A stretch of 64,000 nucleotides of DNA from Octopus sinensis. Lineage: Eukaryota. Shown in pieces: positions 36,500 through 48,661 of this stretch. A program made the translations under genes and the position numbers. The stretch covers positions 124,001-188,000 of the forward strand of contig NW_021835958.1 of NCBI RefSeq assembly GCF_006345805.1, read 5' to 3'. Every line of letters begins with the position of its first letter. The stretch's first letter is position 1. Below the pieces are notes generated by a model. That model was not told where the DNA came from. It worked only from the letters and a program-made list of their open reading frames with translations, and did not search any database.

Positions 36500-37445
36500 A
36501 TGTTTGAGAAGAACCAAGTTAATTATGGGAAGGAAACAATGAAAAAGACAAAATCAGGACAATGAATATATGGGCTGTTTCCTTAGGATGCAAGATCTTT
36601 GTTGTCAATGAGAAGAACAGTCTAAGATGGTACATGAAATAGCAGAGTGAATTCTTGCTTGCCACTGTTTGAATTAACAACATAATTCCTAACGAAATGT
36701 GATACACACACAAATATTTAAGAAACAAGCTGAAGAAGAAAGAGTAAACAACTGACAAACGAAACCAATGCATGGGCAAAACTCTTAGAGAAATCGAAGG
36801 AAACGACAAGATCAACACTTGGAGATTGCTAAGAAAAAGTGATCTGAAAGGATTCAATGAGGCATTGATATGCAGCGCCCAGGAACAAGTTCTGAGGACT
36901 AATTACACTAAGTTCTAAATAGATAAGTGTAGCGAATCACCCCTTTGTAGGATGTGTGGCAGTAGAAAGGAAGCAATCTCACATAGTGTGAGCAAGTTGG
37001 CCCAAATATACTACAAAAGGATGCATGATAACGTGGCTAAGTTCGTCCAGTTGGAGGTTATGTGTAAAGTATGGCCTGAACAGAGCGCAGAAATGGTACG
37101 AACATGAACCAGAAGGAGTCACCGAGAACAAGGAATGTGAGTTACTGTGGGATTTTACAATCCAATGTGACTTCCTAATCGAGGCTCAGAGACCAGATAT
37201 TGTTGTAGTATATAGAGGAAAAAAGGAAATCAAGATTCTAGATATTGCAATGCCAGGAGATGCACACATAAATGACAAAGAAGTAGAAAAGATTGAAAAG
37301 TAAAATTACTAAAAGACGAAATTGCAAGAATGTGGACTATAAGGAGTGTGTCTGTCATTCCAGTAGCTGTAGGGGCACTCGGAACACTAACAACCAAGTT
37401 CGAGAAATAAGTCAGAGAAATCGGAATTGACATGAGAGCAGAGCA
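36500..37445 (+). mobile_element. Third R4/Dong remnant (Zn knuckle plus RLE)
   Basis: SPLCRMCGSRKEAISH, HDNVAK, LLWDFTIQCDFLIEAQRPDIVV...DIAMPGD. Confidence 0.85.
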
Positions 37446-37449
37446 AAGC

Positions 37450-38190
37450 CCATCGCTTGTCTTAAACTCTTAAAACAGAGCCCAAAATGGAGAGGCTGGT
37501 TGAGACTGTGCTGATGTGCAACAAGGATATAGGGATGGAATTCGGGATCTCAGAGTGTGCACTGCTCACTTTGAAATGGGGGAAAAGAGCAGATCGTAGG
37601 GGCATAGAATTGCCAAAAGGAGAACGAATGGGAAACCCGAATGATGGGGTACAAACATCTTGAGATCCTGGAGCTGGACAATATCTTGCTCAGAGAAATG
37701 AAGAGCAAGATCACCACTGCATATTTGAAGTGGCTCAAATTTCTCTTGAAGTCAAAACTCAACGCAAGAAACCTTGTGGCCGCCATCAACATATGGGCTG
37801 TTGCTGTAGTCCGCTATAGTACATCCATTCTGAGATGTATACGAGCAGAGATCAACCAACTCAACCGCACTACCCGAAAGATGATGACTAAGCATAGTGT
37901 CCTCCACCTTAAGGTGAAGGCCGGATATAGTAACCTTTGGGAGGGACAAACAAGAATGCCTAATAATGAACGTGGCAGTGCCAGGAGATCAACATATGAA
38001 AAATTGATCAATATGGAGACCTGAGAATTGAGATCACTGAGATGTGACATCTTCAAAAGTCAAACATAAAGTTTGCCCCTGTTGTCGGAGTATTGGGTTC
38101 AATACCACCCAATCTGGACACTTTAGAAGTAGACAGAATATCTTCAATGTAAAACATCACGATATTGAATACTGCGTGACGTCTTCAAAA
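37450..38190 (+). mobile_element. Fourth R4/Dong remnant (RT thumb joined to RLE fragment)
   Basis: KSKLNARNLVAAINIWAVAVVRYS and NVAVPGDQH...PVVGVLGSIP. Confidence 0.8.
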
Positions 38191-38477
38191 TTAATAACCA
38201 TCTCAAACTTTGGGACAAAGCCAGCAATTTCGGTGGAAGCGGAAATCGATTACATCGACCCCAATGTTCAACTGGTACTTATTTTATCGACACCGCTTTC
38301 AATCCGGTCCACCACATTACCATTCTCAATAAGCCCACCAGACAGATAATGATTGCCTATTCTCCCCACTCAAAGTAGGGTGGCAGGAATATCTTTATAA
38401 CGTTCTACATAACTCCATAATATCTTTACAAGTTTTCGAAATTACTCCACAATTCAAAAATTTTCGGGTAGTGAACG

Positions 38478-38607
<130 letters not shown>

Positions 38608-38624
38608 GTCGGTTTGTCACTCAG

Positions 38625-39898
38625 CGCGCATCTCGAGCAGGCCCTGTTGAGGGTTTTTCTGTGCTTTTAGAGTTTATCTCGAATAGGCAAATTACTCCCA
38701 CCACCCTGGTTGTAATGTAATCGCTCTGCTCTTCCAGCGCTGCACGACGGTGTTGGACGATATGGACCTGCATCTCCAGATATGGAGATATAGGCCTAAT
38801 GAATTTTCTGGGTTATTTTTGCTCCAAACACTGCTTCAAATTCCCTAGAGTAGTGCCAGTGACCATGATGTGTTTGGTACGCGACATGATTATGATGATG
38901 CCATCCACATATAAAAACATGATCGTCCCAATCTTAATTCATGTGGGATGGCTCTCGAAACATCAACTTCTGTAGTATTGGCGCTTGGGTTAATACTTAT
39001 AGAAGGGGAGACTGAATGGTTTCCACAAATAATTGTCGATGTACATTGCAACAATTTATGGCCCCATCTATACCAGGTTCCTTGTCAATTGTTTGATGTG
39101 TTGCATAAGGTGGAGATTGTCATGGATAGACCTGTCTGAATGGCACAGGTTTGCGTATCACCGACAAGACCACCAATAACAAGCACCAACCTCTTGGCAA
39201 ACATCTTGACCCAAATCTGGAACATTACGTTTAACAGAGTTACGGATCTAAAATCATGTCCGTGCAGCCATCTCTTGTTCGGGCTCTTATTTACACACGG
39301 CTTGCTGAGATTTCTCCTGTTCTGCAACCAGTTACAGAAGACACCTGCAGAAAGTTAAGAGTAGGAATATAAAGCTTGCAAGTCAGAGCACCCTGCCACA
39401 GTGATTTCTCCTCCATGTCGGCAGCTAACACTTCCCGCATTTCATCAGCTGTTATTGCAGAAATCTGCACCCACAGTCTAGACCCACAGCAAGCCCTCAC
39501 CTCCATCCCCGACACGCCACCAAGCCAGAATATTTTAGCGAAATTCCGCGGAAAAGCTGCCAGTATCCGCTTTCAACATCAGCACGAAAGACCGTATTGC
39601 GATTTTGTTGCACTTTGTAACTCTTCCACCTTGGCCAGTAGAATGGTTTTCTTTCCTTCATCTCTTATTGTACGCATCCTAGCTCTGACGGAGCAACCTT
39701 AGTGCATCGCGTTGAAAATTTGTCGAAATCAATCTCACTGCCTGCGCGTCGGTCACGTTGCCTTTCTTAAGTTCCTCTTCTAGATTCCTAACTACATCTT
39801 CGTTTATTCTAAATTTCTCTATCACTAACTCTTTGTTAAACCCTATTGATTTTGATCTAATCAGCCTTTTCAGGGACAACCACCATCGGTTTCTGACA
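38625..39898 (-). mobile_element. Older, internally deleted L1/Tx1-type LINE preceded by (TTC)n
   Basis: VRNRWWLSLKRLIRSK, FRSVTLLNV..QIWVKMFAKRL, LYVDGII, LPIRDKL...CSRC, colinear with the Tx1 ORF2. Confidence 0.8.
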
Positions 39899-39900
39899 AA

Positions 39901-40078
39901 GAAGAAGAAGAAGAAGAAGAAGAAGAAGAAGAAGAAGAAGAAGAAGAAGAAGAAGAAAGAAGAAGAAGAAGAAGAGGAAGAAGAAGAAGAGAAGAAGAAG
40001 AAGAAGAAGAAGAAAGAAGAAGAAGAAGAAGAAGAAGAAGAAGAAAAGAAGAAGAAGAAGAAGAAGAAGAAGAAGAAG
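39901..40078 (+). repeat. (GAA)n microsatellite
   Basis: Direct reading; explains the poly-K/E/F ORFs in the track. Confidence 0.95.
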
Positions 40079-40789
40079 GGGAGACGTTGCAGGGAATTGA
40101 ACTCAGGGCGACTAGAGATGATAATCAAATACAGCAAAGCATGTAATCCCTAGTTAAACTGTTTCTGCTGAAAATCAAATAATGATAATAAAGATGGCCA
40201 AAGGTCAAGAAAGCACAACAACAGACGACCGTCACTACCACGTTGTCAGTTATATATTAAACCTTAAACAAGTAGATTTAAGTATGTTATTCGGTGAGAA
40301 ACCAGTTAATCGTCAGCTTTGTTGACAAGTTTAGTTAAGCTAGCTCTGTTTTATTTTTATAATTTCATTCATGAACGAAAGAAGAGGTAATATGGCCGAT
40401 AATAAGAGACAGGTTTCTAACATCAAAGATATTCGAAATATATTTTTTAATTTATTGATAAACATTCTCTTCCTTGTAGATATATGAGGCTCTTGCGTAA
40501 ATATTTGACTAGGAAGAGAGCTCCTCAGGTGACGAGTGTAGGAAGAAAGTAAAAAATATGTGAGATAAAGAGGTTGGTTAACGGATTGTCATATGGCGGT
40601 TATCGCTTTATCTTATATTCTAATTCGTTTAGCTAAACGACCTCTCATGCAGGTGGTCCTGTTTATTACCGAGTGTATTTCATTATGTGTGTACGTACAT
40701 AGGGAGTCATGAGCTTAGATGTATACACACACAAACTTACTATCTGCGTATGTATGTATGTATGTATGTGAGGGAGAGAGAGACTGTGC

Positions 40790-40835
<46 letters not shown>

Positions 40836-41121
40836 AGAGAGAGAGAGAAAGAGAAAGAGAGAGAGAAAGAGTGTGTGTGTGTGTGAGTAGGCGCTGACAT
40901 GATTGTGTGGTTTGCAACTATTGATTTCGGGTTCAGTCCCACTGCGCAGCACCTTGGACAAGTGTCTTCTATTAAAGTCCCAGGTCGACTATTGCCTTAT
41001 ATGTGGTCTCAATTAGTATCTATTTTGGATACGTTTTGATTGGTCAAGGAAGATCTCGTGATTGGTATTAATCTTAGGAATTTTTGTCAGCGAGTTCCAT
41101 GTTTTTATATGTATTACAAAT

Positions 41122-41521
41122 ATTCTTTTCTACTCTAGGCACAAGGCCAGAAATTTTTGGGGAGGGGGGCCAGTCGATTAGATCGACCCCAGTACGCAAC
41201 TGGTACTTAATTTATTGACCCTGAGAGGATGAAAGGCAAAGTCGACCTCGGCGGAATTTGAACTCAGAACGTAAAGACAGACGAAATACCTATTTCTTTA
41301 TTACCCACAAGGGGCTAAACACAGAGGGGACAAACAAGGACAGACATAGGCATTAAGTCGATTACATCGACCTCAGTGCGTAACTGGTACTTAATTTATC
41401 GACCCCGAAAGGATGAAAGGCAAAATCGACTTCGGCGGAATTTGAACTCAGAACATAAGACAGACGAAATACCACTAAGCATTTCACCCGGTGCGCTAGC
41501 GTTTCAGCCAGCTCGCCGCCT
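41122..41521 (-). mobile_element. Dimeric tRNA-derived SINE (Meta-domain-like core), two bodies with different tails
   Basis: One head (AGGCGGCGAGCTGG), two copies of GTCGACTTTGCCTTTCATCCT...GATAAATTAAGTACCAG; inner tail CCCCTTGTGGGTAATAAAGAAATA, outer tail CCTTGTGCCTAGAGTAGAAAAG. Confidence 0.8.
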
Positions 41522-41962
41522 TGTATACATTACACATATTATACGTAATGCTATTTTAATCTAACGCACTTACAAATGTGCATATTGGTTCATAACAATC
41601 AGAGTTTGGGATACAATTACGTCTTTTAATTACTGCTTTACTTGTAACGGTAAATTAAGCCTACTATTGTATAGCTTGATATTGATTTCTAAACCTGATT
41701 TATGCACAAACCACGTATGATTTGGGTTAACCAATGAGGTTAGCTATGTTTGAACACCGTTGTGAATTTCAATTGTATATCAATATTTTCTGTTTTACAA
41801 CATACTTCGCTGACCGAAGAAAAATCGCAAGACGCAGAAACTTTCAGGAGCGGCATAAACGGCATTAGCAGGAAGAAAGTTCAGGAATATATTCTATAAC
41901 AAGCATTGAGTATCTTTTCTCCCGTTTGCTCCAACAATATTTTTGTATGCATGTATTATGTA

Positions 41963-42331
41963 CTAGCAGTATCGCCCGGCATTGCTCGGGTTTGTAAGGG
42001 AAATAACTATAAAACATTTTTAGAGAGTTATAGCCAAAAAATGGAAAAAAAATGATGGTAATTTTTTTTTAGTTAAAAAGGTCGAGTTGCGTCCCCTAGA
42101 CAGTCTGTGGTTTGTGTTTCTGATTCTCGACCCCATGTCGAATTTATCGATTTTCTTCAGAACTGGGGAACTTTTTAAAATTTTCGCTGCGTTAGTTTTG
42201 AATTATGACATTGGGCTATGTGTGTGTCAAGTTTCATCAGAATCGGTTGAAAGCCGTGGTCAGGGTGAGGGTACAACCTAACAGACACACAGAAACACAC
42301 ACAGACAAACTGCCGTTTATATATAGAGAGA
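41963..42331 (-). mobile_element. Complete 369-bp non-autonomous Helitron
   Basis: Minus strand A|TC 5' end, subterminal hairpin CCCGAGCAATGCCGGG, CTAG|T 3' end; AT target without duplication. Confidence 0.85.
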
Positions 42332-42561
42332 TTTATGTATGTATGTATTCATTTCACGTTACTCCAGTTTGGTTAGCTGTAGAAATGAGTTGCGACATCA
42401 CTGGTGCCAAACTGTATCGGCGTTTGCTTTTCTCTTGGATAACATAAGTCGCGTGGAGAAAGAAGAGTGGAATGCGTGGGCGATTTAAGGATTGTGTCCT
42501 GTGATAAGCAGGAGACCGACTGGGTGAGCAATGCCTGTCATCGCCACAGATGGAGGAACCC

Positions 42562-42961
42562 TACTTGTTTCAGTTATTTGACTGCGGCCATGCTGGAGCA
42601 TCGCCTTTAGTCGAGCAACTCGACCCCAGGACTTATTCTTTTGTAAGCCCAGTACTTATTCTTATTCTATCTCTTTTGCCGAACCGCTAAGTGACGGGGA
42701 CGTAAACACACCAGCATCGGTTGTCAAGCAATGCTAGGGGGACAAACACAGACACACAACATATACACACATACATATAAACATATATAATACATATATA
42801 CGACAGGCTTCTTTCAGTTTCCGTCTACCAAATCCACTCACAAGGCTTTGGTCGGCCCGGGGCTATAGTAGAAGGCACTTGCCCAAGGTGCCACGCAGTA
42901 GAACTGAACCCGGAACCATGTGGTTCGTAAGCAAGCTACTTATCACACAGCCACTTCTACG

Positions 42962-42964
<3 letters not shown>
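42562..42964 (-). mobile_element. Full-length tRNA-derived SINE
   Basis: Reverse complement of 60572-61012, including B-box-like GGTTCAGTTC. Confidence 0.9.
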
Positions 42965-43028
<64 letters not shown>

Positions 43029-43556
43029 ATTTCGGAATGGTCATTTTGCCAGTTTAGCCAATAAAAACACACGCACTATATATTTGGTGTTACTTTGCTT
43101 CAGTGTTATTTATTTTTGCATTAAACTTAAACTTATTTCGGCCAGAGTTCCTTCGTCACACTCCTGTGACCGCATCAGTGGTCCTTTGCTTTCTTCTTTC
43201 TTATTTGTGTGTCTCTCCTTACTAACGGTCAGCCATTTTGTATTTCTATTGTATGTGTCTTCATTTGCGCATGCGTATATCTCTATGTGCGTCTATGTTT
43301 AGTTAGTGTGTGTGTGTGGTGGGGAAATGCCTGTAATATTTGTATCTTCTGTTTATATACGTTCGTGTAATTTGTTTTTGTTTATGTTTATTCTTATTTT
43401 GTTCATGTGTTTCATTTAGCTTGACTAAATCAACTTTTTTAGTGATTGAAACCGGTAGCGTATTTTGGCCAAAAAACGAAAATATTTTCTTATATTTGAC
43501 CTTTGATAAAGTTCTCAAAATACTTTCTTGCATTTGTTTTTTGACACACGCACGCA

Positions 43557-43591
<35 letters not shown>

Positions 43592-44215
43592 TACCCTTCA
43601 AACTCTATGGTATATTATGAAAGGGCTTTCCCGAATACCGAATAAAGAGCCGCAAGGGTACATCTTTTTATACCCTTAAGCCTTCATGGCTAGCCCATAT
43701 TTCTACAAATATAGACATAGCCTAATGCACTATGAAATTGCAACCAGATCCTTCCATCACCCTTGAAACCAGCTGCAAAACTACCCCGATTGTGTACCAA
43801 CTACCAAGAACTTTGGCTTCAGTCAACTAAAATGGCAATTTAATCAATAAATAAACAAACAAAATAATTACATATTACTATATTACTCTTCATTATATTC
43901 AGTAGCATAAGAATACGACTTACAAAGCATGAAAAGTCTGCACCTGAACCAAAGAGGCGCCCTCTGCACGCTCGTTTAAACTGCTAGAAATTGCAACCAA
44001 ATCTCCCTCAAATCATATCCCATCGTCTTAGAAGAGAACACTTTGTTTGTAGTCATTGATTCACTGTACATTAGAAAATGGCGGAATGATCACAGCTTTG
44101 AATGCCTTTGATCATGTAGCTAGTCTTACTAAGCTGACCTGGGGCTATACAATGAAAAGAAAAGCCAACAATAACAGCGAAAGTGAAACCTGGTGTTAAA
44201 TAATAACAGTGAAAA

Positions 44216-44880
44216 TACGAGGATCGGCTGAAAAGTTCATAGGCTGACCAAAATATTCTCATGGAATGTGACCAAATGAAGTTATTTTTCAACATAGTCC
44301 CCTTGTGGCCCACACGCCTCATTAATCGGTGTTGCAGTGCCTGGATTTCTTTGGTGAAAAATCTTTCATCCTGCGGGTCAAAACATTCATCACCAGCAGA
44401 TATGACGTCATCTTCACTGTGATACTGGTTCCTATCAAATGCTTTACCATGAAGAAATGATAGATGAGGCTAAATCGGGAGAATAGGGAGGATGACCTTG
44501 GTCTTCGTTGGAGCAGGTGAGGAGGGATGTTTCCACTGCATCGATTGTCTCATTCTGTCGTAGGAAGCACTCATAGAAACCAGCTAGATCTGCTTCAAAC
44601 AATGTCAGGTTTTCCAGTGATATGATCAGCCTGGTGCGCTCTTGATCAGATGTCAGAAGACATGGCAACCCCTGAGCAGAAACCTACCTCATGAGAAGTT
44701 CATTGTGCAGAATATTCTCAACTCTTTCACGAGATATGCTAATTGTCTGATTGATTTATAGTCAATCGCCTGTCATCCATCAACATGTGGTGAACTAGAT
44801 CAATGTTTTGCTTGACAGTTGCAGGACGTCCAGATGGTGGGTCATCTTCAAGACTCTCCCTTCCCTACCAAAGCTAAGAA
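44216..44880 (-). mobile_element. Internally deleted mariner element with one terminal inverted repeat
   Basis: TA + CGAGGATCGGCTGAAAAGTTCATAGGCTGAC terminus; GRESLEDDPPSGRPAT, DDRRLTINQ, HPPYSPDLAS. Confidence 0.85.
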
Positions 44881-45084
44881 CCTTACTAGTCTTGATCTGG
44901 TATCTATTTATATCAGCTACAACGAAGCAGAATTGGTATTACGACCGAAATATAAGCAAAACGCCAATCTTGTGATTGAAGGCGAATGTTTTCCTTCTTT
45001 CTTTTGTGTTTGAATAGCCAAGGCAACATCCATTTCGTCATTGCACGTCTACAGGGCCATAATTCCTTTATTATTATTTTTTTT

Positions 45085-45510
45085 CTTTTACTCATTTCGT
45101 AATTGGATTGCGGCCTTACTGGGACACCACCTGGAAGGTGTTAGTCGAACAAATCGATCTCTGAACATATTTTTAAAAATTCATTAATTATGCTATCGAA
45201 ATATTTTATCGAACCGCTAAGTTACGGGAACATAAACAATCATCAGTTGTGTTATCAAGCAGTCTGGGGAGAAGCACAAAGATACCCATACAGAGAGAGA
45301 GAGAGAGAGGGGGAACGATAGAGAGAGAGGGGAGAGAAAGTGTGGGAGAGAGAGGGGAGAAAGATAGGGGAGGGAGAGAGAAATCGAGAGAGAGAGAGAG
45401 AGAGTATATTCATACACATATACATACACACGCATTCATATATACGACAGGCTTCCACACAGTTTCCATCTGCCATATTCACTCTCAAGACATTGTCGAG
45501 TCGTGCGTGA
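45085..45510 (-). mobile_element. Degenerate SINE with internal (GA)n expansion
   Basis: GAACCGCTAAGTTACGGG and ATACGACAGGCTTC...CAGTTTCCATCTGCC blocks of the SINE family. Confidence 0.65.
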
Positions 45511-46565
45511 ACCAATGAATAAGCCTCTCTATAATCTCATTTACATACTAGAATGAGAAGCTAAATTCCTTTCAAACCACACCTTAGTGTCTATGACCCT
45601 CCACACAGTAAGTCTTAATCAAAGACAATAAAAGACAAGATGATCATGACTGGAATGCTTTGATTATGAAATGCGTCATCAGAGCTGATCTGAGATGCAA
45701 GGAGACACAACAGCAGGAATTCAGACTTAGGTGGACTAAGATTTTGAGCGCTAAGCTGTGATGGTAAGGTTCGAACTAGCAACTCTATGGCTGATTCGGT
45801 TCTACAAACAAAATTTCTGATATGTATTCATGAAAAGGAAAATCCCCCTTGCTGTTAGACACACAGCTCCACCTCCCATAGAACAAAAAGAAAAAACAAA
45901 CAAAAAACAAAAAAACATACAAACAAGGAAAGCGTATTGTAAAAATGTGCACAGTCACGCTCTCTCTCTCTCTCTATCTCTCTTCCTCTCTCCTCTTTCT
46001 CGCTCTCTCCAATACGAAAACACTCCCATTTCAAGCCAAACCCAACAATTTTATTGTTGGCTTCAATTTACGTACAAAAATAAAGCAATTAATTAAATGA
46101 AAAGTATAAAACACAAGTAAAAATATAAAAATTAAAAGAAAATAATAGAATAAAAAATGGTGAACTTCGTGAGCTCCAGCTAATCGAATACGCGCATGCG
46201 TCGTCTAGAGCATTTATTTCGTAGTTCCTTGGTGCTGTGTTGAAAAAGTACACAAAACCCCGTTTGACGAATGCTTAGAAGTTGAATTTGCTGTTTAACA
46301 TCGAACGTTTTAATTTATTTCTTTACATCCCATCTCTCTCTCTCTCTCTCTTTACCTCTCTCTTTCTCTGTCTGTTTCTCCATCAATCTCTCTTCTACAT
46401 ATTTATTTTACTCGTTTTCGTCATTTAGAAGCCATTTTCGTCGAGAGAATTGCATATGTGTCTATACCTGGGTGTATATATGTGCATGTATTTATATATG
46501 CCTATGTGTGGGAGTTTATATGTATATGTATACATGCATACACACTGTTGATACACACACGCATA

Positions 46566-46627
<62 letters not shown>

Positions 46628-46656
46628 ATGTATATATATATATATATATGATATAT

Positions 46657-46698
<42 letters not shown>

Positions 46699-46780
46699 AA
46701 ACATGTATCTCTATATTTCAATTTACATACACGTGTTTATCTCTATGTGTGTGTAATACACATGGGTATATATATATATA

Positions 46781-46823
<43 letters not shown>

Positions 46824-47846
46824 TGTGTGTATATGTGCATAAATGTGATGAAGATATATGTGTGTGTAAGAGAGTATGTGTATGTATGTGCGTGTGTGTG
46901 TGTGCATGCGCATGCGTATTTTGTCGTGACTGTGCTTGTTTGTGTAATTATTCTCGGCGGGGCTATGCTTGCTTCCAGCAATTACCAAACTAACCACTTG
47001 GGCCACAAGATAGGTTTTTGGAAAATCTTTTTCCCGTTTATTTTTTTTAATACTTTTCCATGTTTTTTTTCTTTCTTTTTTCTTTTTGTTTTCCAGATAT
47101 TTTTTTCGACAAATGTTTTCGCCTCAGGGATAAACTTTCACAACGACACTCGTTTACTTTCGTAGGTTTCCGTACACAACGAATTTTTGACTCACATCTG
47201 GCCTGTTGTACACATATATACATATATGTGCGCGCGTGTGTGTGTATGTGTATATGTAGCATATTATATCAGATATATATATATATATATATATATAACT
47301 ATATATATACACATGCACACATACATACACACATATATACGTACATATATATAAATATGCACGCACTAATATATTCGTATGTGTATTTATAGAAGTCCAT
47401 TTTCGCATACCTAGACACATGTAGCCACCACTCTCACACACATGCACACACACACCAGCACGTGTTCGCGAACAGGTAAGTACTTAAAGAAATATAAGCA
47501 CACATAGCGGTTTTGCGTAGATAATTATATTGGAGTATTCTTACAAATGCTTCCTCTCTTATACACATGTTCTCTCACTCTTTCTCATCTCTTTCTCTCT
47601 CTCTCTGCCTCTCTCACACACACATACACACACGCACACACACGCACACGCACACACACACACGCACACACACACACACACACACACACCACCACACACA
47701 TATATATATATGTATGTGTGTGTGTGTGTGTGTATACAGAGTGGGAGAAATGTGTTAGATACATAAATATATAGACACCCTGATAGATGAAGAGACAAGC
47801 AGATTGATGGACCTTTTGGAAAATACATACATATACAAACACGTAC

Positions 47847-47882
<36 letters not shown>

Positions 47883-48374
47883 ACACACACATACACACAC
47901 ATAAAGCAAGCACTCATATATCGATATATGCACATAAAAAACCCCCTCGCGTGTAAATATATACATATGCAAATACACTCATATAAACATATACTCAAGC
48001 AAACACCTACATACACGAACACACGCATACACATACACTTATTTACAACCACATATATAAATATATAGCAGCACATACATCTAAATATAAACATCAACAA
48101 ACACACACATAAATATATACATACATGAACACACGCAAATACACACTACCGTGTAAATTATTTTTCTATTTTCTGGGACTACTAACTCCAAACCATCGAG
48201 ACTATTACTACCATTAATGCCACCACAACCACCTACACCACCATCACCACCACCAGCACTACTGTTACCACTACCCTTACTCCTACTGTCACCCCTGTCG
48301 CTACAGTTTACACCAGAGGTTGTATTGCAGACATCATTACAGAAGTACAACTTCTAATATGGCTTACTTAAAGC

Positions 48375-48459
<85 letters not shown>

Positions 48460-48467
48460 CCTATCTT

Positions 48468-48535
<68 letters not shown>

Positions 48536-48536
48536 C

Positions 48537-48571
<35 letters not shown>

Positions 48572-48594
48572 CCTATCTTTCTATCTATCTATCT

Positions 48595-48658
<64 letters not shown>

Positions 48659-48660
48659 CC
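48375..48660 (+). repeat. (TATC)n microsatellite directly 5' of Tx1 copy 3
   Basis: Direct reading. Confidence 0.95.
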
Positions 48661-48661
48661 T

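Noticed and set aside
43128-43184. Minus-strand CTGATGC-GGTC...GGCC-GAAA hammerhead-like motif next to (TA)n
   Set aside because: A9 is replaced by C, stem III is not palindromic and stem I is absent; likely a decayed PLE end, not supportable as a ribozyme
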